Shown: piece by piece, positions 1 through 9,770 of the stretch | Layout of the letters: each line of letters starts with the position of its first letter | Numbering within the stretch: position 1 is the first letter of the stretch | IMG/VR virus record: IMGVR_UViG_3300025718_000124 | Span: 1-36,700 of that record | From: a virus | Taxonomy: Duplodnaviria; Caudoviricetes | Direction: 5' to 3' (one strand) | Length of the DNA: 36,700 bases | The notes under the pieces: generated by a model | Told to the model about the DNA's origin: nothing | The model's input: only the letters and a program-made list of their open reading frames with translations | The model's database searches: none | Translations under genes and position numbers: made by a program

Positions 1-551
1 AGAGGCAAATGGAAAAAGACAAATTCTACTTTTGAATCTGAAATAGAATTCTATGATTATGTTAGATATTGTGTACTAAAAAATAATAATAATATTAACT
101 TTGATGTACCAATTATAATTGTAAGTGATAAAAAGTATAATTTGAGAATTGAAGCTGGATTGCCCCCGGTTAACGCATTTTCTCCTAGTTTAGTTATTCG
201 TATACATAGAAATGATACAAATGTAAATTTAGAAAAGTTATATTTAATAAATGAAATGCTTAATTCTGATATATATAAATTGTTAAATGATTTTGTAATT
301 AAGGAAAAAAATATTGTGATTTGTGGCAAGGGCGGAAGTGGAAAAACTACTTTACTTAGAGCGTTAATAAACAAAATTCCTGACAATATAGCTATAACAA
401 CAAACGAGGAAACCATGGAATTATTTATAGAAGGTAAAAATGTAATTCAAAGAGAAATTTTAGAAAACAGAGAAGAATCTAAGAAGATTACTTTAGATAA
501 GTTAATGAAACACAGCTTAGTCATGTCTAATGATGTAATAATTATAGGTGA
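1..551 (+). CDS. cpaF: Host CpaF/TadA/VirB11-family pilus ATPase, 5' part (begins before window; interrupted by prophage)
   Basis: Frame 1 is open from base 1 (RGKWKKT...). Walker A GKGGSGKTT, Asp-box-like TNEETMEL, Walker B DVIIIG cut at GGTGA 547-551. In the lysogen it reads on into phage DNA to a stop at 588. Confidence 0.88.
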
Positions 552-2136
552 TACGTTCCGCACCAAAAAGCAAATTATTGCCATTTAGTGCAAACTCAAA
601 AAAATCTATATTTACATTTTCTTTATCTATGTTTACACTTTTTACTATACTTCTCAAAATATCTTTCTTTTCTTCAAAATCAGAATTATTATATATTGTT
701 TGAAAATTAAATACTTGCTTAGTTAAAATTTCAATATTCATCTTTTTATTTTCATTTATCCTAACTTGTTCATCTTGCTTTTGTAATTCGTTTATGATCT
801 CTTTTTTTCTAACATCTAATTTTGTTACTTCAGATTTGATATAATCCTTAAGACAGTCATCTTCAATTAATTGTAAAATCAATCTACTTATTTTAGATTC
901 AATAACATCTATTTCAGATATAAGTACGCTTTTTTTAGCATGTATCAAAGAATAATCAATATTATCATTTTTGATGGTTTTTAAGTTTTTAAATTCATTA
1001 CAGTATTTTATCAATTCAGATTCAACTATATTTTCGATTTTACCAGCTTGTATACAACCTTTATTATCACAAGCATTAAGAATACTACTACCACAAGAAA
1101 AATGTATGTATGGCTTGTTTCTGTTTGTTGTAGTTGACTTTGTCATCATTACTTTACCACAGTGTGAACATTTTACTAAACCGCTTAATACACTTAGTTT
1201 AGATTGACCTTCACGTGGGGCAAAAGATTTATTTTTAGATAGTTTCTCCTGGACTTCTATCCATTTATAAGAATCTATAATTCCTTTATGTTTTCCAACA
1301 ACGATAACAACATCTTTTAAATCATTATTTTTTATTGTTTTATTAAAAGCTATAACTCCATTTTCATTATTGAAATCATCTCTAATAGATTCAATCATTA
1401 TATTTCTTGATAAAAAATAGTTATATATATCTTGTCCGGCTTTTACATATAGAGTATTTCTTAATATTTCAGGTAAACGTGTATGATCAAAGTATTTTCC
1501 GCTTTTTGTTTTGTATCCATTATCATTTAACCATATAGCTAGTTTTCTTATAGACATACCAGGATCTAAATATTTATCAAATATCATAGTTATAATTTTA
1601 GATTCTTCTTCGTTAATTTTTAATGTAGGTGTTTTTTTACCATTTATTATCATTTGCTCTTTATCATATCCAAGAACTATTTTACCGCCCACAAAGTTAC
1701 CTTGTAGGGCTCTATATCTAGTACTGTCTTTAATACGTTGTGAAATCGTCTCTCTTTCAAGCTGTGCAAAAGTCATAACTATATTTATCATAGCACGTCC
1801 CATAGGAGAGTTATTATCTATATTTTCAGTTGCACTCATAAATTCAGCATTATTATCATTAAAAATAGTTATTAGATTTACAAAATCAGCAAGACTTCTA
1901 CTTATTCTATCTAATCTATATGCAATAACTTTATTAATCTCACCATCTTTAATAAGGCTCATCATTCTTTTAAATTCTGGCCTGTTAGTATTGCTTCCAG
2001 AGAATCCTTTATCGATAAAAACTTCATATTCCCAATCATTATTATCACAGATATTCTTACAAGAATTAATTTGTGATTCGATTGAAACACTATCTTTTTT
2101 GTCAAGACTTTGTCTTGTGTAGATTGCTACTTTCAT
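517..2136 (-). CDS. Large serine recombinase (integrase), prophage form 539 aa
   Basis: YTRQS catalytic motif, DKGFSG, RLDRISR, recombinase domain, Zn ribbon CSHC...C...C and coiled coil. The ORF runs through attL. Confidence 0.95.
   Translation of the reverse strand: MKVAIYTRQSLDKKDSVSIESQINSCKNICDNNDWEYEVFIDKGFSGSNTNRPEFKRMMSLIKDGEINKVIAYRLDRISRSLADFVNLITIFNDNNAEFMSATENIDNNSPMGRAMINIVMTFAQLERETISQRIKDSTRYRALQGNFVGGKIVLGYDKEQMIINGKKTPTLKINEEESKIITMIFDKYLDPGMSIRKLAIWLNDNGYKTKSGKYFDHTRLPEILRNTLYVKAGQDIYNYFLSRNIMIESIRDDFNNENGVIAFNKTIKNNDLKDVVIVVGKHKGIIDSYKWIEVQEKLSKNKSFAPREGQSKLSVLSGLVKCSHCGKVMMTKSTTTNRNKPYIHFSCGSSILNACDNKGCIQAGKIENIVESELIKYCNEFKNLKTIKNDNIDYSLIHAKKSVLISEIDVIESKISRLILQLIEDDCLKDYIKSEVTKLDVRKKEIINELQKQDEQVRINENKKMNIEILTKQVFNFQTIYNNSDFEEKKDILRSIVKSVNIDKENVNIDFFEFALNGNNLLFGAERITYNYYIIRHD
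541..568. other. attL (core GGTGA 547-551; phage arm CGTTCCGCACCAAAA)
   Basis: The phage-side arm is an imperfect inverted repeat (13/15) of the attR arm TTTTGGTGTAGAACG, as expected for a serine-integrase attP. Confidence 0.9.
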
Positions 2137-2293
2137 AGTTACCTCCTATCAACATGTATTTATTTTAATGTTTACGTAAATGTATTATCAAAGTGTAGGA
2201 TTTTATTTATTATTCTGTAATATTATTTTTTGAAATTATAATTTTTTTATTGTATTTAAGTTTTTTTTGTTATATAATATATTTTAAGGTAAG

Positions 2294-2749
2294 GTGATAA
2301 AAATGGATTTTAAAAAGATACTCTATAATATATTTCAAGATATTAATTCTAAGTTAAGAGTACATTTTATTACTATAATATCTGTATTTATTATAACAAT
2401 ATTTATAATCTTGTTTATGCTTGATGCATATCCTTTGGTTAATAATAATATGCTAAATAATATAATAAATGTATCGGGTGCATTAGCAGGATTTCTTTTT
2501 ACAACTTTTGGAATTATTTTAAGTTTTCCAGATAATAAATTATTTATACAAGGATTAAAAAAGTATGGATATTTAACTAGGATATATACATGTATATTTA
2601 TAGGAATACTTGGATTTATATTAACAACAGTATTAGGAGTATTAAATGTTTTGACTTTTTTGATATTACCATTATTTATAATGAGCTTATCATATACTAT
2701 AATATCTGCGATGTTTTTATTTTTAGTTTCACTTTATATTAGCAAATAA
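2294..2749 (+). CDS. Multi-pass membrane protein (~4 TM), candidate exclusion/defence subunit
   Basis: 151-aa ORF with about four hydrophobic segments. Own RBS (AAGG) and upstream TATAAT. Confidence 0.65.
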   Translation: MIKMDFKKILYNIFQDINSKLRVHFITIISVFIITIFIILFMLDAYPLVNNNMLNNIINVSGALAGFLFTTFGIILSFPDNKLFIQGLKKYGYLTRIYTCIFIGILGFILTTVLGVLNVLTFLILPLFIMSLSYTIISAMFLFLVSLYISK

Positions 2750-3607
2750 TTGATCTCTTAATATGCATTTTACTTTTTGTTCGTATTTTAGAATATCATC
2801 ATTTTCAATTTCAATAATAACTTTTTTAGTTATTATTTTTTTTAATAAATCTACCGTATCTGTAATGTCTTCGTTTGCTGATACTTTACCAGTTATTTTT
2901 AAATTTTCTAGGTCATTATAATTTCTATTGTTTTTAAATTCTTCTAATATTTTATGTGTGGCAATTTCATTTTTAAAAGTCAAAGATAAAGCTACTTTTG
3001 ACAATTGATTATCATATTTTTCGTATATTTCTTTTACAGAAGGTATATATGAATTTTTTTGTTCTGTTTCTTGTAAATGATCCTTATATACTAAATCAAT
3101 TTTACATAGTTCAATGAATTTATTTAATGTACTAGAAATATCTGATATAATCTCGGGATATATATCAAATCTTTGTGTCTTTTCAGATATTTTTCTAACA
3201 TTTTTAAATAAAAGTTTTAAAGTTTTTATGAAATTTGGAGCATCATCATTTCGTAGGACTAAAGCTTTATTATAATTATAATCAATATAGAAATATGTAA
3301 ATTCTTCTAATTTTTGATCTTTAGGTAAATTTATTTCTGATTTATTAAGTGTTTCAATATTTCTTGCTCTAGTTAAAGGATTATGTTTTATATTTCTCAA
3401 TTTACCAATACTTCCAAATAGACATTCTTCTGATTCGATTATATCTACTATAATATCATTATTAAATTTATAAGTTTCAAGTACTGGAAAAGCTTCAATC
3501 ATTAATTTTTGAAAATTATAATCTAATTTTGATTGTGAAAATATTGGCAAAATATTAATATCGATATCGTAAAAATTTATGCTTTTATGTAATTTAGTAT
3601 TATCCAT
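2729..3607 (-). CDS. Hypothetical 292-aa soluble protein, candidate exclusion/defence subunit
   Basis: Long ORF in the immunity region. Its 3' end overlaps the TM gene convergently. Confidence 0.65.
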   Translation of the reverse strand: MDNTKLHKSINFYDIDINILPIFSQSKLDYNFQKLMIEAFPVLETYKFNNDIIVDIIESEECLFGSIGKLRNIKHNPLTRARNIETLNKSEINLPKDQKLEEFTYFYIDYNYNKALVLRNDDAPNFIKTLKLLFKNVRKISEKTQRFDIYPEIISDISSTLNKFIELCKIDLVYKDHLQETEQKNSYIPSVKEIYEKYDNQLSKVALSLTFKNEIATHKILEEFKNNRNYNDLENLKITGKVSANEDITDTVDLLKKIITKKVIIEIENDDILKYEQKVKCILRDQLFANIK

Positions 3608-3690
3608 AATTAACCCTACTTTCTAATTACTTAAATATTTTTTTAAACAAGTTAAAAATACTTACACTTGTTTTTATACTATTGTTAATA

Positions 3691-4116
3691 CTATTTTTTA
3701 CCTGGCTTAAATTGATACCCACAGTTCATACATGTCAGTTTAAGATTATTTGCTCCTAATCCACCGGCTAATACTCCAACATCAAGCATTCCACCTGTTA
3801 TAGTTGTACCAATAACACCTTTTACAAAACCGAAACCTTTTTTATTAGCTGACAAAGAAGTAGAATGACACTTTAAGCAATAAGGTATTTTATCCTTTTT
3901 AAGCTGTTTTAATCTTTGAATTTCTTCTGCTTTCTCATTCTGCTGTCTTTTAGCTTCTTCTTTTACTTTATCCCAAAAACTAAGTTTAGATTTATCAGAT
4001 TGGATAATATTATCAGCTTTTTCTAATTTTAGTTCATTTTCTGATACTTTGCTTCCACATTTCTTGCAAAATACATCTTCCTCGGATGTGAGATTTCCAC
4101 ATTTATTACAATACAT
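3691..4116 (-). CDS. Zinc-ribbon domain protein of the lysogeny module
   Basis: N-terminal CNKC...CKKC and C-terminal CLKC...CMNC flanking a Gly-rich segment. GAGGTG RBS. Confidence 0.8.
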   Translation of the reverse strand: MYCNKCGNLTSEEDVFCKKCGSKVSENELKLEKADNIIQSDKSKLSFWDKVKEEAKRQQNEKAEEIQRLKQLKKDKIPYCLKCHSTSLSANKKGFGFVKGVIGTTITGGMLDVGVLAGGLGANNLKLTCMNCGYQFKPGKK

Positions 4117-4132
4117 TTATAATTCACCTCAC

Positions 4133-4762
4133 TTAACTAAACTTACCTCTTAGTTCTACAACTTTACCTGAAATAATAATAGGTAGTTTTTCTATATCCT
4201 CATTTGAATAAAATTTAGGCATATAGAAGTTGTTCAATGGAATTAGTGTAATTCCATTGCTATCTCTTGAAATACGTTTTATAGTAGCATCTAAACCATT
4301 TATAAGTATCACTGCTATATCACCTGATTCAACATCAGATTGTTTGCGTACTATAACAACATCTCCTTCGACAAATCGAGGTAGCATACTGTCGCCCTTT
4401 ACGACAAGTCCAAAATGTTCACCGTGTGACGCCATTTCTTTAGTTATTTCTTCATAGTCAATAATCTCTTCAAAAGCTTCCATTGGTATGCCTGCTACTA
4501 CTCGTCCAAGTACAGGAATTTTTATTCCTTTAGTAGTAGGATTAATACTAACATCATATCCCATTAACCATGATTCATTTACATTAAGGATCTCTGCAAT
4601 TACTGTAAGTTTATCTTGTTTAGCATTATATTTTCCTGATAGATAATGACTAACTGATGATTTTTCTAATTGATCTTTACTCTTTAAAACTAAGTCTGAT
4701 GGTTTCATATTTCTTAATATTAAAGCCTCGTTTAAACGTTCGGCAAAAGTTTTTGTTTTCAA
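4133..4762 (-). CDS. CI/LexA-like repressor (XRE HTH + S24 autopeptidase)
   Basis: N-terminal HTH, VAG cleavage site, GDSMLP serine motif, TIKR lysine. Confidence 0.93.
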   Translation of the reverse strand: MKTKTFAERLNEALILRNMKPSDLVLKSKDQLEKSSVSHYLSGKYNAKQDKLTVIAEILNVNESWLMGYDVSINPTTKGIKIPVLGRVVAGIPMEAFEEIIDYEEITKEMASHGEHFGLVVKGDSMLPRFVEGDVVIVRKQSDVESGDIAVILINGLDATIKRISRDSNGITLIPLNNFYMPKFYSNEDIEKLPIIISGKVVELRGKFS

Positions 4763-4836
4763 TTCTATTTCCTCCCAAATATTTACATATACAATTATAT
4801 CATAAATTTACTAAAAATCAACATAAATTTACAAAT

Positions 4837-5176
4837 TGTTAACTTTTCTTAACTTTTTTGCAAAAACTGTTGACAAAAAAAAATATACATGGTAAGATTG
4901 ATTTAGTTAAGAAAACTTAACTAGCTGGAGGTGAATTATGAAAAATAAAATTACATACAATTATAATAAATTACGCGGAAAAATAAAAGAAGTGTTTGAA
5001 GACGAGCAGTTATTCGCTCCTGAAATAGGTATGAGTAGAGTATCTTTAAGTTATAAACTTAATAACAAAGTATCCTTTTCACAACATGAAATAAGTAAGT
5101 CAGCAGAGCTATTAAATATAACAGATGAAGAAATCAATCTATATTTTTTTACCCAATGAGTTGAGAAAACTTAACT
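4837..5176. promoter_or_regulatory. Genetic switch: three 18-bp operators AGTTRAGAAAASTTAACW and rightward sigma-A promoter
   Basis: Operator copies at 4837-4854 (reverse), 4905-4922 and 5159-5176. Promoter TTGACA 4870-4875, 17 bp, TG-G-TAAGAT to 4898. Confidence 0.8.
4938..5159 (+). CDS. Cro-like HTH regulator (DUF739-like)
   Basis: YNKLRGKIKE...SLSYKLNNKVSFSQHEI...YFF; divergent from repressor; GGAGGTG RBS. Confidence 0.88.
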   Translation: MKNKITYNYNKLRGKIKEVFEDEQLFAPEIGMSRVSLSYKLNNKVSFSQHEISKSAELLNITDEEINLYFFTQ

Positions 5177-5216
5177 AATCAGGTATACAGTAAATTAAAG
5201 AAGGGAGTAAGGTTAA

Positions 5217-5348
5217 GTGAAAGTAACAATTAGAATAGTAAAACCTGAAACAAATGAAGAAAAAAGAAGAATAAAAAAAGGTGATGAAGTAATATCTAGA
5301 GTTTTAGAAAGAATGATTTTAGAATATCAAAATAGGGAGGTGAGTTAA
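5217..5348 (+). CDS. Small hypothetical protein (43 aa)
   Basis: GTG start, MKVTIRIVKPETNEEKRRIKKG...; abuts the next gene. Confidence 0.55.
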   Translation: MKVTIRIVKPETNEEKRRIKKGDEVISRVLERMILEYQNREVS

Positions 5349-5642
5349 TTGAGAAGAAAAAAAAGTAAAGAATATGAATTTAAGGCCAGTGCAATATGTT
5401 TTATATTACTTGTGTTATTTATACTTATATCATTATTAATAAATAATGTACAAGCCGCAGAAGTAATTACCTATAAAAATTATACGGTTAAACAAGGTGA
5501 AGTTTTAGAAGATATTGCTATGAGATATTATGCAGATACATATTTACCTAAAGCAAAATGTGAAATTAAAAAGTTAAACAATATGATAGAATCAGATATT
5601 TACGAGGGACAAGTTATATTAGTGAAAGTAGAGGTGAAATAA
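5349..5642 (+). CDS. Membrane-anchored LysM protein (YneA-like cell-division inhibitor)
   Basis: N-terminal TM helix, then YTVKQGEVLEDIA...IKKLN...IYEGQVI LysM pattern. Confidence 0.75.
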   Translation: MRRKKSKEYEFKASAICFILLVLFILISLLINNVQAAEVITYKNYTVKQGEVLEDIAMRYYADTYLPKAKCEIKKLNNMIESDIYEGQVILVKVEVK

Positions 5643-5782
5643 AAATGAATAAAGAAATATGTGAATTAATGTTTGCTGAATTAAAAAGAATAGCAGAAAT
5701 AAATAAAAACGAGTCTGACAGTGAAATATTAAATAAAAACACAATAGCTATGTGTTAAATAGCTAAGTTATTTATTGGTTAG

Positions 5783-5935
5783 TTATTGTTTAGGGCGAAA
5801 GGTATCTATATTGTTGTATATTCCATTGTAAATTACAGAAATCCCGTTTGAAATATCTTCATATGTTCCTACTACTTTATTATTTTGAACATATGCAAGT
5901 GTTAGTTGCATTGAAATATCTTCTCTTGATGTCAT
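5783..5935 (-). CDS. Small antisense-oriented hypothetical protein (50 aa)
   Basis: GAGGTG RBS, ATG at 5935, MTSREDISMQLTLAYVQ...RPKQ*. Confidence 0.6.
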   Translation of the reverse strand: MTSREDISMQLTLAYVQNNKVVGTYEDISNGISVIYNGIYNNIDTFRPKQ

Positions 5936-6044
5936 AATATCACCTCATTTCTATGTAGGTCAGACTCAAAAGAATTATACAGCAAATAAATACAAAATTC
6001 AACAATATATACAATGTTTTACTAAAGGAAGCGGTGAAATAAAA

Positions 6045-6140
6045 ATGTTTAGAATTATATTAGTAACTATATTGCCAGGTTTGATAATACTCATATTATT
6101 GTTTTTAGTGGAAATGAGTGAGAAAAGAAGAAAGGGTTGA
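6045..6140 (+). CDS. Hydrophobic peptide (31 aa)
   Basis: GCGGTG RBS; MFRIILVTILPGLIILILLFLVEMSEKRRKG. Confidence 0.5.
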   Translation: MFRIILVTILPGLIILILLFLVEMSEKRRKG

Positions 6141-6145
6141 TAAAA

Positions 6146-6226
6146 ATGTTTGAAATACTATTAGCAGTAATAGGATCACCTATAGCAGCATTAGTATTTG
6201 GAGTATTATTAAAAATTTGTGATTAA
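6146..6226 (+). CDS. Hydrophobic peptide (26 aa)
   Basis: AAGGG RBS; MFEILLAVIGSPIAALVFGVLLKICD. Confidence 0.45.
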   Translation: MFEILLAVIGSPIAALVFGVLLKICD

Positions 6227-6243
6227 ATAATAATTAAAATTAA

Positions 6244-6495
6244 ATGAGAAAGAAGGTGAAAAATATGCCAAAAGTTTACAGTAAAGATGATGTAATAGAA
6301 ATGCAGAAGGAGTTTGCTCAGGATTTAAAGGAGATTCATATATTAGAATCTAATATATTGGATAAGTATACGAGAGGTGGAAATGTAAAACTTGATTTAA
6401 TAAAACTTATGAGAATTACCTACGATAAAAAAACAATAATTAAAAAAGACATAAATATAGAAACGTCTTCAGTCGAAAGTAAACGTTTCCAATAA
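6244..6495 (+). CDS. Hypothetical protein (probable start at second Met, MPKV)
   Basis: ORF track; AAGGTG RBS before the second ATG. Confidence 0.6.
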   Translation: MRKKVKNMPKVYSKDDVIEMQKEFAQDLKEIHILESNILDKYTRGGNVKLDLIKLMRITYDKKTIIKKDINIETSSVESKRFQ

Positions 6496-6654
6496 TGAGT
6501 TTATATAAACATTATAGTAATATTATAACATATTTGTCAAGAGGGGGAAATATTGATATGAGTGAAGAATTTAAAAAAAGAGTTAAAGAAATATGTGATA
6601 GTAAAAACATTGATACAACAATAGTTCTAAAAGAAAATAAGGGGGAACATTCAA

Positions 6655-8608
6655 ATGATATTAAATAAATTAATAATAAAGAATTTTAAAGGTATAAAAA
6701 ATTTGGAAATAAATTTCAACGGTAGAAATACAAATATATATGGAGAAAACGCAACACGGTAAAACAACAGTCTATGACAGTTTCATGTGGTTATTATTTG
6801 ATAAAGACAGTACTAACAGGAAGGATTTCAATATAAAGACTATAGATAAAAAAGGATCTCAAATACATATGCTGGAGCATGAAGTTGAAGCAACTATAGA
6901 AGTAAATGGTAAAGAGATTACTATAAGAAAAGTTATGGAAGAAAAATGGACTAAAAAAAGAGGATCCGCAGAACAAGAATTTTCAGGTCATGAAACAAGT
7001 TGCTATATAGATGAAGTACCTGTTAAGAAATCAGAGTACCAGGATAAGATAAATAACTTAATGGATGAGAATATATTCAAATTACTAACTAATCCAGTTT
7101 ACTTTAATACAATGCTTAAATGGCAAGATAGAAGAACTATGCTATTAAGTATAACTGGTGATATGTCTGATGAACAAGTTATAGATTCAGATATAAAATT
7201 AATTAGTTTAAGAGAAATACTAAATGGTAAATCTACTGAAGACTATGGGAAAATAATAAAAGAAAAAATAAAAAGACTTAATGAAGATATAGAGAAAATT
7301 CCTACTAGAATCGATGAATTAAATCACAATAAAGAAACATTAGAAAAAATAGACTATGAATCAATTGAAAAAGAAAAAGAATTTGAATATATAAAACTTA
7401 ATGCTATAGATGAACAATTAAATAGTGCTGGAGCTGTAAATGAAAAATATAATAATAAGCTTATTGTAATCAGTCAATCAAAAAATAAACTAGCTAATAT
7501 TGAAAGAGAAATTCAAATCAATGCTTCAAGAGAAATTATGGATAAAGAACTTAAATTAAATAATTTTAAATCAGAAAAAAAGAATGTTGAATTTAGAATT
7601 GATACATTAAAACATAGTGTTGATAGTGTTACTAAATATTTAGATGAATGTAGTAAAAGAAGAAAAGAATTATATAAAAAATATGATGAAGCAACTGAAA
7701 CTAAATTTGTTGATCCAGATGAAAATAATTTCAAATGTACTACATGCGGACAATCTCTTCCTGGTGATGATATTAAAACTAAAATTGAAGATATGAAGAA
7801 CAGTTTTAATAAAAATCAACGTGAAACTATAGAAAAAATAAACAAAGAAGGAAAATTTGTAACAGAAGATGCAAAAGCACATGAATTAAAAGTTGACGAA
7901 TACAAGACTGAATTAAAACAAAATGAAGAATTACTAACTATGATTATGAGCGATATAGCAAAAGCTGAAATAGATATCAAAACTATAAATGATAATAAAA
8001 CCGAAATAGATTACACAGGTTCTAAAGAGTACACTCAAATTAAGTCACAAATAGCTCAATTAGAAGCAGAACTTAATAAACCAGTTGAGGATATGTCTTT
8101 AGCTTTAAAACGAGAGAAAATGGAAATACAGAACAAGATAAATGATTTGAATAAGCAATTAGCTAATAAAGAAGTAGAAGAAAAGACTAATGCTAGAATT
8201 GAACAACTTGAGCTTGAAGAAAGAAATCTTGCTGAAAAAATAGCAGAGCTAGAAGGGCATAGATACTTGATCGAAGAATTTATTAAAACAAAAGTAAATA
8301 TGTTAGAGGAGTTTATAAATAGTAAATTTAAAGTAGTTAGGTTTAAATTATTTGATACGCAAATAAATGGTGGTCTTAACGAATGTTGTGAAACTCTTGT
8401 TAATGGAGTACCTTATTCAGATGTAAACAACGCTGGTAAGATAAATGCAGGTATGGATATAATAGCTACATTAATAGAACATTTTAGAAAAAAAACGCCA
8501 ATATTTGTAGATAATGCTGAAAGCATAAATGATTTATACAATTTAGATACACAGATAATAAGATTATTAGTTAGCAGAGATAAACAATTGAAAGTAGAGG
8601 TAATTTAA
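6655..8608 (+). CDS. SbcC/Rad50-like coiled-coil ATPase; needs +1 frameshift at CGG 6757
   Basis: MILNKLIIKNFKGIK...IYGENAT in frame 0 joins GKTTVYD in frame +1 to give the Walker A. CTTC zinc hook; PIFVDNAES Walker B. Confidence 0.9.
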
Positions 8609-8609
8609 T

Positions 8610-8846
8610 ATGAAATCAACAGGAATAATAAGAAAAGTAGACGAGTTAGGTAGAATAGTTATACCTATAGAATTAAGAAAAAATTTAGATATAAATATTA
8701 AGGATCCATTAGAAATATATGTAGATGGTAATAGCATTATTTTAAAAAAGTTTTGTTTAGTAACGTGTAATAACTGCAAAAACCGAATAGATGATCAAGA
8801 TAAATTTTGTAAAAATTGTGGATGTAATTTGAAGGGGGATAAATAA
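8610..8846 (+). CDS. AbrB/MazE/SpoVT-family regulator with C-terminal zinc ribbon
   Basis: MKSTGIIRKVDELGRIVIPIELRK is the AbrB N-terminal signature; CNNC...CKNC. Confidence 0.9.
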   Translation: MKSTGIIRKVDELGRIVIPIELRKNLDINIKDPLEIYVDGNSIILKKFCLVTCNNCKNRIDDQDKFCKNCGCNLKGDK

Positions 8847-8848
8847 TT

Positions 8849-9769
8849 ATGAGTAATGAATTAGAGGTAAAAAAACAAGTAAAAATGAGCGACTATGTTG
8901 ACTCGTTATCAAATAGTGTAGAGGGTGAAATATCAAGATTAACAAATTCAAGAAGATTAGTATTACCTAAAAATTATAGTGCGGAAAATGCACTAAAAGC
9001 AGCATGTTTAATATTACAAGAAACAGTTGATAAAGACAAAAGACCTGTATTACAAGTATGTACAAAAGATAGCATAGCAAATACATTATACAACATGGTT
9101 GTACAAGGATTAAATCCAGCTAAAAAGCAATGTTATTTTATAGCAAATGGCAATAAATTATCATTGATGAGATCTTATTTTGGATCTGTAGCTGTAGCTA
9201 AACAAGTTGATGAAGAATTAGTAGAAATAATAGCTGAAGTAGTATATGAAGGTGACGCTTTTGAATATGAGATTAAAAGAGGTAAAAAGATAGTTACAAA
9301 ACATAGTCAATCAATTCAAAACATTGATAAAAAAAAGATTATTAGTGCATATGCAATAGCAGTTTATAGCGATAATACTGAAAAGACTGAAATAATGACA
9401 ATGGAACAGATTAAAACTGCTTGGACTAAATCTAGAATGAATATATCTGATTCTAAAAGCGTACATTCACAGTTTACAGAGGACATGTCAAAAAGAACTG
9501 TTACTAATAAAATATGTAAAAAAATAATAAATGAATCAGACGATCACAATCTAGCTATCAAAGAAGCTTATAATTTAACAGATAGAGAATTAGCTGAACA
9601 AGAAGTTATTGAGAAAATAGAAACAAATGCTAATAAAGAGCTTATTGATATAGAACCAACATATGAATTAATAGCTGAACCTAATATCAGTGAATCAGGA
9701 GCTAATAATGAGAATAACGAATATGAAGTAAATGAAAATATGGGAGGATTACCAGAGAGGGCGTTTTAA
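8849..9769 (+). CDS. recT: RecT-family ssDNA annealing recombinase
   Basis: QGLNPAKKQCYFI, SYFG, VYEGDAF and DMSKRTV motifs. Confidence 0.9.
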   Translation: MSNELEVKKQVKMSDYVDSLSNSVEGEISRLTNSRRLVLPKNYSAENALKAACLILQETVDKDKRPVLQVCTKDSIANTLYNMVVQGLNPAKKQCYFIANGNKLSLMRSYFGSVAVAKQVDEELVEIIAEVVYEGDAFEYEIKRGKKIVTKHSQSIQNIDKKKIISAYAIAVYSDNTEKTEIMTMEQIKTAWTKSRMNISDSKSVHSQFTEDMSKRTVTNKICKKIINESDDHNLAIKEAYNLTDRELAEQEVIEKIETNANKELIDIEPTYELIAEPNISESGANNENNEYEVNENMGGLPERAF

Positions 9770-9770
9770 T

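Noticed and set aside
57-2122. ORFs 57-416(-), 971-1207(+) and 1511-2122(+)
   Set aside because: Antisense shadows of cpaF and the integrase, with no RBS or motif.
6757-6762. Stop-codon readthrough or simple CGG amino-acid reassignment
   Set aside because: The conserved sequence continues in the +1 frame, not frame 0. TAA, TAG and TGA all end genes normally elsewhere.
6817-6826. AGG as a second shifty codon (A-GGN)
   Set aside because: In-frame AGG occurs inside uninterrupted frames (AAC AGG AAG here; AAA AGG GAT near 20121), so it behaves as normal Arg.
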